64,000 nucleotides of DNA from an uncultured bacterium (GCA_963732385.1 CAVSZB010000003.1:224001-288000); one strand, 5' to 3'. Shown: positions 1-10,603, counted from the first letter of the stretch. The notes: a model not told the origin generated them from the sequence alone. Program-made: numbers and translations.

Positions 1-2191
1 ATGCCGCGGCCGCGGCCGCCGTTCCCGGCGCAGTCGGGCGTGTTCGGCAGTCCGTCGAACATCAACAACGTCGAGACCTGGTGCAACGTGCCGCTCATTT
101 TGGCGCGTGGCGCCGACTGGTTCGCCGGCATCGGGAGCGAGAAGTCTAAGGGGACGAAGGTGTTCTCGCTGGTCGGCTGTGTGAACAACACCGGTCTGGT
201 GGAGGTGCCGTTCGGCACCTCGTTGCGTGAGATAGTCAATGAGATAGGCGGCGGCGTTCCGCGCGGGCGGAAGTTCAAGGCCGCGCAGATGGGTGGGCCG
301 TCGGGCGGGTGCATCCCGGCCAGCCAGATGGACGTCAAGATCGATTACGAGTCTCTGCAGTCGCTCGGCGCGATCGTCGGTTCGGGCGGCCTGGTGGTGA
401 TGGACGAGAGCACCTGCATGGTGGACCTCGCCAAGTACTTCATGGAGTTCATCCAGTCCGAGTCGTGCGGCAAGTGCATTCCGTGCCGCGAGGGAACGCG
501 GCGCATGCACGAGATCCTGGTCGCGCTGACGCGGCCGCGGGGCAAGGACGAGGAGCTCGACGCGCTGCTGCGATTCCAGGGTGTTATGGAGCTGGAACGA
601 CTGGCCGAGGTGATCCGGCGCACGTCGCTGTGCGGGCTGGGGCAGACCGCCCCGAATCCGGTGCTCAGCACGCTGAGGTGGTTCCGCGAAGAGTACGAGC
701 AGCACGTGTTCGAGCGGCGGTGCGCCGCCGGTTCGTGCAAGGAGCTCGTCGGCGCGCCGTGCCAGAACGGCTGCCCGGTCGGCACGGAGGTGTGGCGCTA
801 CGTGGCGCACATCGGCCGCGGCGAGGTGCAGGAGGCGTACCAGGCGATCCGCAGCGCGAATCCGTTCCCGTCGGCCTGCGCGCGCGTGTGCAATCACCCC
901 TGCGAGATGATCTGCCGCGCCGGCGCCAGCGGACGGCGACCCGGTCGCCATCCGCACGCTGAAGCGTTACGTGGTGGATCACGTCGATCCGGCCAGCTAC
1001 CGGACGACCATTCTGCCCGCGGCCCCCGAGGCGAAGAAGGTGGCTGTGGTCGGCGCCGGTCCGGCGGGGCTCACGGCGGCGCACGAGCTTTCGAAGCGGG
1101 GTTACCGCGTGGCTCTGATCGAGCGCGAGGCGAAGGCCGGCGGCATGCTGGTGGCCGGCATCCCCGCGTACCGGTTGCCGCGCGACATCCTCGAACGTGA
1201 GATCGCCGCTCTGCTCGATCCCAACATCACGCTGCGCCTGAACACGGAGCTCGGGCGGGATGTCACGCTCGAAGAGCTGCGGCGCGACCACGCGGCCGTG
1301 TACGTGACCCTGGGCTCGCACCGCTCGAAGACGCTCGGGCTGCCGGGTGAGGAGGTGGCGGGGGTCGTGCCGGGCATCCGCTTCCTGAAGGCGTGGAACC
1401 TGGGCGGTGAGTGCCTCGCTCGCGGGCGCGTGGGGGTCATCGGCGGCGGAAACTCGGCGCTCGACGCGGCGCGGGTGGCTCTGCGCCAGCCGGACGTGAC
1501 GTCGGTCACCATCCTCTACCGACGCTCCCGCGAGGAGATGCCGGCGTACGCGGAGGAGATCCACGCGGCGCTCGAGGAAGGCATCGCGCTCGAGACGATG
1601 GTGGCGCCCACCGGTCTCGCCGCAGCGAGCGGACATCTGACCGGCGTGCTGCTCCAGCGCAACACTTTGGGTGAGCCCGATGCCGGCGGTCGGCGACGGC
1701 CGGTACCGATCCCCGGCAGCGAATTCATGTTGTCGCTCGATACGCTCGTGGTGGCGATCAGCGAGGAGCCGGAGCTTGAAGCCCTGGCTGAGCTCAAGAA
1801 GACGCGCGGCGGCGGCCTGAGCGTGGACACCGAGGCTTCCACGACCAGCCTGCCGGGCGTCTTCGCCGGCGGCGATGTGGCGACGGGGCCCAACACGGTG
1901 ATCGCGGCGATTGCGGCCGGCAAGGACGCGGCGATGATGATCGACCGCTATGTGCATGGACGCCAGTTGAAACGGCTGCCGCGGGTGCTGCTGCCTACGG
2001 TCTTCGTGGCGCCGCCGGTCGATGGCGACGAAAGCGACACGGCGCCGGTGCGGCGGGTGCACCAGCCGTGTCTGGAGGCCGCGCTGAGGCAGGGTTTCGC
2101 CGAGGTCGAACTGTGCATCTCCGACGAGGACGCGATCCGCGAGGCGCGGCGCTGCATGCGCTGCGACCTGGAGTTCACGCACCCGGCGTAA
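1..2191 (+). CDS. hydB: 5'-partial HydB/NuoF-like NADH-binding flavoprotein fused to a GltD/NfnB-like FAD/NAD(P) oxidoreductase; apparent +1 frameshift near 933
   Basis: NuoF motifs PRPRPPFPA, INNVET, GGPSGGC, ESCGKCIPCREG and SLCGLGQTAPNP. These are followed by the GltD N-terminus (PCQNGCP, NPFPSACARVCNHPCE), which continues in ORF 971-2191 (GAGPAG, VIGGGNSA, FAGGD, EARRCMRCD). The frames join at agc gg(a)c ggc gac ccg. Confidence 0.85.
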
Positions 2192-2233
2192 CGGGCGGCA
2201 CGTCATGTGGGACGCTGAAAGAGGAGACTCCTC

Positions 2234-3955
2234 ATGCTGAACATGCAGATCAACGGCCGCGCGGCCGAGGCCAGGCCCGGCGAAACCATTCTGCAGGCGC
2301 TCAACCGCGCGGGAGTGAAGGTGCCGACGCTGTGCCACGTGGAGGGGCTCACCCCCACCGGCGCTTGCCGGCTGTGCATGGTCGAACTGGAGGCCAGCCA
2401 CCAGCTCGTGCCTGCCTGTTCCTACCCGGTGGCCGAGGGGATGGCGGTAAACACCCGCACGCCCACGGTGCTCGAGGCGCGTCGCACGATCCTGGAGCTG
2501 TTGCTGTCGAACCACCCCGACGACTGCCTCTACTGCCTGCGCAACGGCCACTGCGACCTGCAGCGGCTGGCGCAGGAGCACGGCATCGACCAGCGCCTCT
2601 ATCGTGGCAAGAAGACGAAGACGCCGCTCGACAAGTCGGGCCCGGCGCTGATCCGCGATCCGGAGAAGTGCATCCTGTGCGGGCGCTGCGTGCGCGTGTG
2701 CGAGGAGATCCAGACGGTCGCGGCGATCGACTTCATGGGCCGCGGCTGTAATGCCTACGTGGGCACCGCTTTCGACCGCGGGCTGAACGTGTCGAGCTGC
2801 ATACTCTGCGGCCAGTGCGTGCGCGTGTGCCCGACCGGAGCGCTGGTCGAGCGCAACCAGGTGCGTGAAGTGCTGCAGGCGCTGGCCGACCCGGAGGCGT
2901 TCTGCGTCGTGCAACACGCGCCGGCGGTGTCGGTGACCGTGGCCGAGGAATTCGGGCTCAAGCCGGGCGGCGACGTGGACGGGAAAATGGTGGCGGCGCT
3001 GCGCAGCATCGGCTTCAAGCGCGTGTTCGACACCTCTTTCACCGCAGATCTGACCATCATGGAGGAGGGCTCCGAACTGGTCCAGCGCATCAAAACCGGC
3101 GGCGTGCTGCCGATGATGACCTCCTGCTCGCCGGGCTGGATCAAGTTCGTGGAGGAGTTCTACCCGGAGTTCATCCCCAACCTCTCGACCTGCAAGAGTC
3201 CGCAGCAGATGATGGGCGCGCTGATCAAGAGCTTCGTGGCCGAGCGCGAAGGTATTCCGCCGCGGCGCATCGTAAGCGTGTCGATCATGCCGTGCACCGC
3301 CAAGAAGTTCGAATGTGCCCGTCCGGAGATGGGCCAGGACCACGTACCCGATGTCGACATCGTGCTCACCACGCGCGAACTGGCGCAGTTGCTGCGCCTG
3401 TGCGGTGTCGATCTTAACGGCTTCGAGCCGGAAGGCACCGACACCCCGTTCGGCGAGCGTTCGAGCGCGGGCAAGCTGTTCGGCGCCACCGGCGGAGTCA
3501 TGGAGGCGGCGGTGCGCTCGGCGCACTGGCTTTTGACCGGCAGGAACCTGCCGGACCTGAAGGTGGAGCCGCTGCGCGGACTGGACGGCTGCAAGGAGCT
3601 CACCGCGAACCTCGGCGGCATCGAGGTGAAGGCCGCCGTGGTGAGCGGGCTGGGCAATGCCCGCCGTCTGCTCGAGGAGGTGCGCGCGGGACGCAAGCAG
3701 TTCCACTTCATCGAGGTCATGACCTGTCCGGGCGGCTGCATCAACGGTGGCGGTCAGCCGCTTTCCACCACGACCGAAGCGGTCAAGGCGCGCATGAAGC
3801 GTCTCTACCAGATTGATCGCGACGAGACGCTGCGCCTCAGCCACGAGAACCCGTGGGTGAAGCGACTCTATGAGGAGTTCCTGGGTCAGCCGCTCGGCGA
3901 GAAGAGTCACCACCTGCTGCACACGCACTACGCGCAGCGCGACGTCGTGCTGTAA
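2234..3955 (+). CDS. hydA: Group A [FeFe]-hydrogenase catalytic subunit
   Basis: H-cluster motifs TSCSPGW, MPCTAKKFE and EVMTCPGGCINGGGQP; N-terminal 2Fe-2S, His-ligated and 2x4Fe-4S motifs; C-terminal LLHTHY. Confidence 0.95.
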   Translation: MLNMQINGRAAEARPGETILQALNRAGVKVPTLCHVEGLTPTGACRLCMVELEASHQLVPACSYPVAEGMAVNTRTPTVLEARRTILELLLSNHPDDCLYCLRNGHCDLQRLAQEHGIDQRLYRGKKTKTPLDKSGPALIRDPEKCILCGRCVRVCEEIQTVAAIDFMGRGCNAYVGTAFDRGLNVSSCILCGQCVRVCPTGALVERNQVREVLQALADPEAFCVVQHAPAVSVTVAEEFGLKPGGDVDGKMVAALRSIGFKRVFDTSFTADLTIMEEGSELVQRIKTGGVLPMMTSCSPGWIKFVEEFYPEFIPNLSTCKSPQQMMGALIKSFVAEREGIPPRRIVSVSIMPCTAKKFECARPEMGQDHVPDVDIVLTTRELAQLLRLCGVDLNGFEPEGTDTPFGERSSAGKLFGATGGVMEAAVRSAHWLLTGRNLPDLKVEPLRGLDGCKELTANLGGIEVKAAVVSGLGNARRLLEEVRAGRKQFHFIEVMTCPGGCINGGGQPLSTTTEAVKARMKRLYQIDRDETLRLSHENPWVKRLYEEFLGQPLGEKSHHLLHTHYAQRDVVL

Positions 3956-3972
3956 CGGGAGGAAGAGGGCAT

Positions 3973-4365
3973 ATGGAGACCGGGAAGAGGGTCCTGCTGG
4001 TCGACGATGACGACGATATCCTGGCTCAGTTGAGCCTGCTGTTCCGGGCCGACGGCTTCGAGGTGACAACCGCCGGCAGCCGCGCCGAGGGAGAGGAGGC
4101 GCTGCTGGGTCTCCACCCGGACCTGTGCGTGTTCGACCTGATGATGGAGGAGATGGACGCTGGGTTCGTGCTGTCAAACACGGCCAAGCGACTCTATCCC
4201 GACGTGCCGGTGATTCTCCTCACGGCTGTCGCTTCGGCTACTGGCCTGGACTTCCGGCCCAAGTCGGCCACGGCCCGCGCCTGGGTGAAGGCCGATGCGA
4301 TCCTCGACAAGCCGGTACGACCCGAGCAGTTGCGGGCCGAGGTAAGAAAACTGCTTTCGGCCTGA
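3973..4365 (+). CDS. Single-domain response regulator (REC)
   Basis: VLLVDDD, DLMM phosphoacceptor region, LLTA, KP. Confidence 0.9.
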   Translation: METGKRVLLVDDDDDILAQLSLLFRADGFEVTTAGSRAEGEEALLGLHPDLCVFDLMMEEMDAGFVLSNTAKRLYPDVPVILLTAVASATGLDFRPKSATARAWVKADAILDKPVRPEQLRAEVRKLLSA

Positions 4366-4372
4366 AGGACCG

Positions 4373-6457
4373 GTGCAACCGATGGAGCGAGCGGACGATT
4401 CGAGCGGGCGCGGCGCGGCGACGACCTGTTACGTGCGCACGGTGAAGAACCGTTGCCGGCTCTGCTTCACCTGCGTCCGCCGCTGTCCGGCCAAGGCCAT
4501 CCGTATCAAGCAGCGGCAGGCCGAAGTTATTCCCGAGCGCTGCATCGGGTGCGGCAACTGCGTGCGGGTCTGCAGCCAGGGCGCCAAGGAGGTCGTCCCC
4601 ACGACCGAGTTCGTGGAGGCGATCCTCAAGAGCGGCGCCCCCGTGGCCGCCATGATCGCGCCCAGCTTCCCGGCCGAGTTCCAGGCCGAGGTCGATTTCC
4701 GCCAGCTCGTGGGGATGGTGCGCGCCCTCGGCTTCAATTATGTGACCGAGGTAGCGTTCGGAGCCGATCTGGTGGCCGAACGTTACCGGCGCCTGCTGGT
4801 CGAGGACAAGGGGTCGCGCCACATCGCCACGACCTGCCCGGCGGTGGTGGGCCTGGTCGAACGCTACCACCCCGACCTGGTGGACCACCTGGCGCCGATC
4901 GTATCGCCCATGATCGCCGAGGCGCGGGCGCTGCGACAGATCTACGGGGAAGACCTGCGCATGATCTTCGTAGGCCCGTGCGTGGGCAAGAAGATGGAGG
5001 CGGCCGACGAGGATGTGGCCGGCGAGGTCGATGCGGTCATCACCTTCCCCGAGCTGCGCGCTATGTTCAAGGCCCGCCGGATCCGCGCTGAACGCGTGGA
5101 GCCATCCGACTTCGATCCGCCGCATCCGGCGCTCGGCGCCCTCTTCGCCATCAGCCGCGGGATCCTGCAGGCCGCCGGCGTGCACGAGGATCTGCTGCGA
5201 GGCGAAGTGGTCGCGGCCGAGGGGGTGCGCAGTCTGACCAGCGCCATCGCGGCGTTCGCCGACGGGACGCTCGAGGCGGGCCTGCTGGAAATCCTCTCCT
5301 GCGACGGCTGTATCTCGGGCGCCTGCATAACCTCGGGCGAGTCGCGTTTCAAGCGCCGGGCGCGCGTCAGCCACTACGTCAACTACCGCATGGGCAGTCA
5401 CGACGCCTTGCAGTGGCACAAGAGCATCGATCGCCTGGCCGGTCTCGACCTGACCCGGTCGTTCCGCCCGCGCGACCAGCGCCTGACCGAGGTCGCTCCG
5501 CGCGAGGTCCGGCTAATCCTCAAGCGGATGGGCAAGCTCGAGAAGAGCGACGAGCTCAACTGTGGCGCCTGTGGCTATCAGACCTGTCGTGATCACGCCA
5601 TCGCGATCAAGAAGGGGCTGGCCGAAAGCGAAATGTGCCTGCCGTTCGTGATCGAGGAGTTCCAGCGCACCATCCATGAACTGCAGCTGTCGGGCGAGAA
5701 ACTGGCCAGCACGCAGGAACAGCTGATGCACTCGGAGCGCCTGGCCAGCATGGGGCAGCTCGCGGCGGGCGTGGCGCACGAGCTCAACAATCCGCTCGGC
5801 GTCATCCTGATGTATGCCCACCTGATGGCCGACGAACTGGCTGCCGACGCCGACGGACGCGAAGACCTGCAGACCATCGTGCAGCAGGCCGACCGCTGTC
5901 GACGCATCGTGGCCGGACTCCTCGACTTCGCGCGCGAGAACAAGGCGCTGTTGCAGGCCGTCGACGTGGGCGAGCTGATCGGCCAGAGCGTGAAGAGCGT
6001 GCCCGCGCCGCGGTCGGTGCGCGTGCGTGTCGAGCCGGGTCACACGACGCAGTTCTGGGACCTGGATCCCGACCAGCTAGTCCAGGTGCTGACCAACCTG
6101 ATCAGCAATGCCTTCGCGGCCATGCCGGAGGGGGGCGGGCTGGACATTCGCACTGCGGAGACGCCCGAGCACCTGGTCATCGAGGTGGAGGATACCGGCT
6201 GTGGCATCCCGCGGGCCGACCTGTCGAAGGTCTTTCAGCCGTTCTTCACCACCAAGAAGCTTGGCAAGGGAACCGGCCTCGGCCTGGCCGTCGCCTACGG
6301 CATCGTCAAGATGCACCGCGGCGACATCACCGTGCGTTCGAACGCCGATCCGGAAGCGGGCCCTACCGGAACTACCTTCACGGTGGTCATCCCGGTCCGT
6401 GCGCCGCAGGAGCGCGTGGTTGCGGGCGCGGGTCGCGACGCGGAGGAGATCGCATGA
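4373..6457 (+). CDS. Group C (sensory, HydS-like) [FeFe]-hydrogenase domain fused to an FeS domain and a histidine kinase
   Basis: 2x4Fe-4S N-terminus; TTCPAVV, GPCVGKKMEA, EILSCDGCISG; LNCGACGYQTC...MCLP; HisKA AHELNNPL; HATPase DTGCGI, PFFTTK, GTGLGL. Confidence 0.9.
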   Translation: MQPMERADDSSGRGAATTCYVRTVKNRCRLCFTCVRRCPAKAIRIKQRQAEVIPERCIGCGNCVRVCSQGAKEVVPTTEFVEAILKSGAPVAAMIAPSFPAEFQAEVDFRQLVGMVRALGFNYVTEVAFGADLVAERYRRLLVEDKGSRHIATTCPAVVGLVERYHPDLVDHLAPIVSPMIAEARALRQIYGEDLRMIFVGPCVGKKMEAADEDVAGEVDAVITFPELRAMFKARRIRAERVEPSDFDPPHPALGALFAISRGILQAAGVHEDLLRGEVVAAEGVRSLTSAIAAFADGTLEAGLLEILSCDGCISGACITSGESRFKRRARVSHYVNYRMGSHDALQWHKSIDRLAGLDLTRSFRPRDQRLTEVAPREVRLILKRMGKLEKSDELNCGACGYQTCRDHAIAIKKGLAESEMCLPFVIEEFQRTIHELQLSGEKLASTQEQLMHSERLASMGQLAAGVAHELNNPLGVILMYAHLMADELAADADGREDLQTIVQQADRCRRIVAGLLDFARENKALLQAVDVGELIGQSVKSVPAPRSVRVRVEPGHTTQFWDLDPDQLVQVLTNLISNAFAAMPEGGGLDIRTAETPEHLVIEVEDTGCGIPRADLSKVFQPFFTTKKLGKGTGLGLAVAYGIVKMHRGDITVRSNADPEAGPTGTTFTVVIPVRAPQERVVAGAGRDAEEIA

Positions 6458-7593
6458 AAGAGACGCTGCGCGTGCTCGTCGTGGACGACGAGGAGGGGAT
6501 GCGACGCGGCGCCGAGCGTGCGCTCGCCCGCTTCACGGCGCTTTTGCCCGACCTGGACAGGGAGCTGGATTTCGCGACCGAAGCGGCGGAGAGCGCCGAG
6601 GAGGCGCTCGCCGCCATCGAGAAGCGTCCGCCCGACCTGATGCTCCTGGACTACAAGCTGCCCGGCATGACCGGCCTGGACCTGCTCGACCGCCTGGAGC
6701 CGATGGGGCTCGACACCGTGATCATCATGATGACCGCCTACGCGTCGATCGAAACGGCGATCGTCGCCACCAAGCGCGGAGCCTACGATCTGCTGCCCAA
6801 GCCGTTCACTCCCGAGGATCTCAAGGCGGCCGTGCGCAAGGGCTGCCGCCATCTGGTGCTGCAGCGCGAGGCGCGCCGACTGGCCGCCGAGCGCCGGCAG
6901 ATCCGCTTCCAGTTTCTGTCGGTGCTGGCCCACGAGCTCAAGGCCCCGCTTGCCGCCATCGAGGGCTATCTGAACATTTTGCAGGACCACGCCCTCGGCA
7001 ACGAAGTGGACGCCTACGCAGAGCCGATCCAGCGTACACTCGTGCGCCTTGACGGCATGCGCAAACTGATCTTCGATCTGCTCGACCTTACGCGCATCGA
7101 GTCGGGGCAGAAGAGGCGGGATCTGGCTGACGTCGATCTGGTCGAAGTGGCGCGTACGGCCATCGAGACGGTACAGCCGCTGGCGGATCGGCGCGGCATC
7201 GTCGTTACACTCCTGGCCCCGCCCGCCCTGCGCCTGACCGCCGATCGCGGCGAAATCGAGATCATCCTCAACAACCTGGTCTCGAACGCCGTGAAGTACA
7301 ACCGCGACCAGGGTTCGGTGTCGGTGCGGCTGGAGGAGCGGGTCGATGGCACGCTCGCCATCGCGGTGCAGGACACGGGCATCGGCATGACGGCCGAGGA
7401 ATCGGCCCGTCTGTTCGGCGAGTTCGTGCGCATCAAGAACGCCCAAACGCGCGCCATCCCGGGCAGCGGTCTGGGCCTGTCGATCCTGAAACGTCTCGCC
7501 GAGCTGTATGGTGGGAGCGTCAGCGTCGCGACTACGCCCGACGTCGGCTCCACGTTCACGGTCAGTCTGTGCCGCTGCTCCGTCGCCGGGTAG
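6454..7593 (+). CDS. Hybrid REC-HisKA-HATPase sensor kinase/response regulator
   Basis: VLVVDDE, DYKLP, AHELKAPL, NAVKY, DTGIG, GSGLGL; ATGA overlap with the upstream gene. Confidence 0.9.
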   Translation: MKETLRVLVVDDEEGMRRGAERALARFTALLPDLDRELDFATEAAESAEEALAAIEKRPPDLMLLDYKLPGMTGLDLLDRLEPMGLDTVIIMMTAYASIETAIVATKRGAYDLLPKPFTPEDLKAAVRKGCRHLVLQREARRLAAERRQIRFQFLSVLAHELKAPLAAIEGYLNILQDHALGNEVDAYAEPIQRTLVRLDGMRKLIFDLLDLTRIESGQKRRDLADVDLVEVARTAIETVQPLADRRGIVVTLLAPPALRLTADRGEIEIILNNLVSNAVKYNRDQGSVSVRLEERVDGTLAIAVQDTGIGMTAEESARLFGEFVRIKNAQTRAIPGSGLGLSILKRLAELYGGSVSVATTPDVGSTFTVSLCRCSVAG

Positions 7594-9238
7594 CGATCAC
7601 CACGGCGAGAAGCCGGGCGCGGGAGAGTCCGACATAGAGCAGCGCCCGCTCCCGCCCGGCGAAGGGGCCCGCATCGTCGGCCGTCAGGGTGGCCTCATCC
7701 GTGCCGGTGAGCAGCGCCACATCCGCCTCGAGCCCCTTGAACCGGTAGATTGTCGCGTAGCGGACCTGGTGCGGAGCGCCCGGCTCGAGGTTGTCGATGA
7801 TCTGGTAGTTGCCCAGACGCGGCCGGCTGGCGAACGACGAATGCTCGAAGCGGTGTCGCCCCAGGATCACGATCCGCTCGGCGCGGATTCCCTGCTCGTG
7901 GATGAGCCGGTGCAGGAACTTGCGGACCGTCTCGTGCTCCTCATCCTCGTCAGCCACCACCACGATCTCCACCGGCTGACCGTCAGGGGTGCGCGGCGAT
8001 GGGCGCCCCGGAATCGCAGCGAAGCGGTTCACCATGTCGGCGATCCGCGCCGTGTTGCGGCAGTTGGTTGCCAGACGGAAGACCGGTTCCGTGAACGGAG
8101 GCCGCCCCGCGCGCCTGAACAGGTCCTGGCCAGGGTCCGTGAAGACGGCGAACGTGCTTTCGCGCGGGTCCGCGAGCAGCGCCTCGAGCGGCGGCCACCA
8201 CTCGTCGGCGAAGTCCTGCGCCTCGTCCACGATCAATGCGTCCCAGCGCGTCGCGAAGCGCGGCACGGCCTCGTAGAACAGCTCCACGACCGTCCGGTCG
8301 TAGAACTCCTGCCGGTTTTCCAGCGGCACCGCATACTCGAGGCCTGCGCCCTCGATGACATGGCGCACCAGGTCGTGGAAACAGAAAACGTCCGCTGTGG
8401 CGCCACGCTCGGCCAGGAGCGCGCGCAGGCGGTCGGCCAGCGGGATGTTGAAGCAGACCAGCAGGACCCGCCTCCCCGCGGCCGCCAGGCGCAGGGTCTT
8501 CTCGAGCGCGAGGATCGTCTTGCCCGAGCCGGCCCCCCCTTCGACCAGAAGACGGCGATTGCCTTCGAGTCCTTCGAGCAGGCGCGTCTGTTCGGCGGTG
8601 AGGCGGACGAGTTGCGTCTCCTGTGACTCGAGCCTGGCCGCCAGCGGGGCCACGACGTCGAACACCGGCAGCAGCGCGCCTAGCGCGTCATGGACCGTCT
8701 CCGGCAGCAGGCATGACAACGCTTCGCGGTAGCGGGCGAGAATCGACTCCACCCGGACCTGCAGGTGCTCCAGGTCAGGGCGCAGGATCAGGATGTCGGG
8801 CACGGCGTGCGGCGGCAGGTTGCCGGGCACATTGTCGGCCTCGGGGAATGCCACGGCGTGTCCGAACGGTGGCTGCAACTTCTTCCACTGCGGCACGCGC
8901 CGTCCGATCAATTCGTTCAAATAGTGCACACAGGTCGCCGCCTGGCGGAACGGATCCTTGATCACGATCCCGGTTCCGCTGCGCATCCAGGTGCGCGTGG
9001 GGCCGTCGTACCGGATCTCGCCCGACTTCGCTTCGACCGCCAGCAGGCCCCGTTCGGGGTGCAGCAACAGGAAGTCGCACTCCCCTTCGCGCAGGGTTCG
9101 CCCGGAGTCGTCCAGCCAGGGGAAGGAGTGAAGGACGGTCCAGCGTCGGTCCAGGCCGTCGCGCAGCGCCTCGAAGAGTCGCCACTCCGCCGAACTGGTC
9201 ACGTCGACGGGGAGCGTGCGGGGAATCATGCGGGCCAT
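7562..9238 (-). CDS. NERD nuclease domain + SF1 (UvrD-like) helicase
   Basis: GECDFLLL...VEAKSG (NERD), Walker A GGAGSGKT, IVDEAQDF, NCRNT, TIYRFKGLE, LYVGLSRAR. Confidence 0.88.
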   Translation of the reverse strand: MARMIPRTLPVDVTSSAEWRLFEALRDGLDRRWTVLHSFPWLDDSGRTLREGECDFLLLHPERGLLAVEAKSGEIRYDGPTRTWMRSGTGIVIKDPFRQAATCVHYLNELIGRRVPQWKKLQPPFGHAVAFPEADNVPGNLPPHAVPDILILRPDLEHLQVRVESILARYREALSCLLPETVHDALGALLPVFDVVAPLAARLESQETQLVRLTAEQTRLLEGLEGNRRLLVEGGAGSGKTILALEKTLRLAAAGRRVLLVCFNIPLADRLRALLAERGATADVFCFHDLVRHVIEGAGLEYAVPLENRQEFYDRTVVELFYEAVPRFATRWDALIVDEAQDFADEWWPPLEALLADPRESTFAVFTDPGQDLFRRAGRPPFTEPVFRLATNCRNTARIADMVNRFAAIPGRPSPRTPDGQPVEIVVVADEDEEHETVRKFLHRLIHEQGIRAERIVILGRHRFEHSSFASRPRLGNYQIIDNLEPGAPHQVRYATIYRFKGLEADVALLTGTDEATLTADDAGPFAGRERALLYVGLSRARLLAVVIATRRRSSGTD

Positions 9239-9368
9239 GGCCCGATTCTAGCACGCTGGGCCCCTTCCGCGCAGCCGGCGAGTGCCCGGGGGGGCGGATG
9301 CGCCTCGGGACGGGGGCGCAGCGGGTGTACGGGCCCGGTTCGTGGGGGCGCGGCGGTGTTAACGGGCG

Positions 9369-10550
9369 ATGACGGAGGGGAGGGGGGTGTCCATGACAGG
9401 CGACAACGGTGACTTCCGGACCAGCGGTCTGCCGCCCTTGCACCTCCTGGCTGCGGCTCTGGCCGAAACGGAGGGGGCGTTCCTCTCCCACGGCGCTGCC
9501 CTGGCCTGGCACGGACTCGCCCAGCCTCCGCCCGGCTTCGTTACGGCGACCGCCGCGCGGTATGGACGCAGCCGGCGGCTTGGGGGAGTCGCGCTGCGGT
9601 TTGTGCGGTGTGGGGCGGGGGCCCCCTTCGGAGTCACGATGCAGGTCGTTCCCGGCGGTCCGGGGATGCTCGTCAGCGATCCGGAGCGCACCGTGGTGGA
9701 TGCGCTCCGCCGGCCGGACCTCTGCGGCGGCCTCGCCGCGGTCGTGGGGGCGCTGTGGCGGGGGCGATTCCAACTGGTTCCCGACCGTCTGGCGGACTAC
9801 GCCCTGCAGTCACCGGTCGCATCGGCCGGCCGCCGGCTCGGCTTCCTGCTGGAACTCCTCGCCATCGACGGCCCCGACGCCGTCTCCCGGCTGCTGCCGG
9901 GCCGCACGACATCCTGGACCCTGCTCGACCCGATCCAGAACCCGTCCGGCCCGCGCCTGCGGCGCTGGGGGCTGCGTCTCAACGCGGATCCACGAGACCT
10001 GGCGCTGGCGGCGGGTGTGGAGGGGGTGGAGGGGGTTGCCCAAAATGCCGGGCTCGGCGCGGGCCGGGCAGCCCTGCCGCCGTCGCTATCGGTCCTGTTT
10101 CCGCGGACGGATGAGGTCGCGGCTCCGCCGCTTGTCCAAACCGCGCGCGCCTGGCCGGTCCAGGTTGTCCGGCCGCGCCGGCTGGCCGGGCTTTGCCGTC
10201 GCTACGACCTGTTGCGGCTGGTCGTGCTCGAGGGGGCCTGGGCCGAGATCGCGGGCGCAGCGGTCCGCGACCGGCAGGGCCGGTTGCCGGCCTTCGACCC
10301 TGTGCGCATCCGAACGGAGAGGGCGCGGTACGACGAGCGTAAAGACCCGGCCCTGCTGCCGATCCTCACCGAGAAGCTCGCCGACCGGATCCTCGGCCCC
10401 GCTGAACGGCTGGCGATCGAAAGCGAACTGGCGCAGATCCTGGGCCGCCCCGTCGTGCTGCGCACCATGTGCGAACTGCTGCACCGGGTGGCGCGCCTGG
10501 CGCGCCATGCGGGTACGGTCGTTTATCACAGGCACGAGCTGGGGCAGTAA
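9369..10550 (+). CDS. AbiEi-like (type IV TA antitoxin) regulator with a C-terminal degenerate MNT-like domain
   Basis: FLSHGAALAWHGL, SDPERTVVDALRRPDLCGG, RRLGFLLE, RRWGLRLN; the tail LAGLCRRYDL...ELAQILGRPVVLRT resembles minimal nucleotidyltransferases. Confidence 0.6.
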   Translation: MTEGRGVSMTGDNGDFRTSGLPPLHLLAAALAETEGAFLSHGAALAWHGLAQPPPGFVTATAARYGRSRRLGGVALRFVRCGAGAPFGVTMQVVPGGPGMLVSDPERTVVDALRRPDLCGGLAAVVGALWRGRFQLVPDRLADYALQSPVASAGRRLGFLLELLAIDGPDAVSRLLPGRTTSWTLLDPIQNPSGPRLRRWGLRLNADPRDLALAAGVEGVEGVAQNAGLGAGRAALPPSLSVLFPRTDEVAAPPLVQTARAWPVQVVRPRRLAGLCRRYDLLRLVVLEGAWAEIAGAAVRDRQGRLPAFDPVRIRTERARYDERKDPALLPILTEKLADRILGPAERLAIESELAQILGRPVVLRTMCELLHRVARLARHAGTVVYHRHELGQ

Positions 10551-10603
10551 GCCGGGGGGGGGCGGGCCCGGGAGTGTTGACAGGAAATTATCAGTGCATC
10601 CGG

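Noticed and set aside
665..4177. Very long antisense ORFs (e.g. 1170 aa here, and 48047-50641)
   Set aside because: Shadow ORFs of high-GC codon usage opposite well-supported genes
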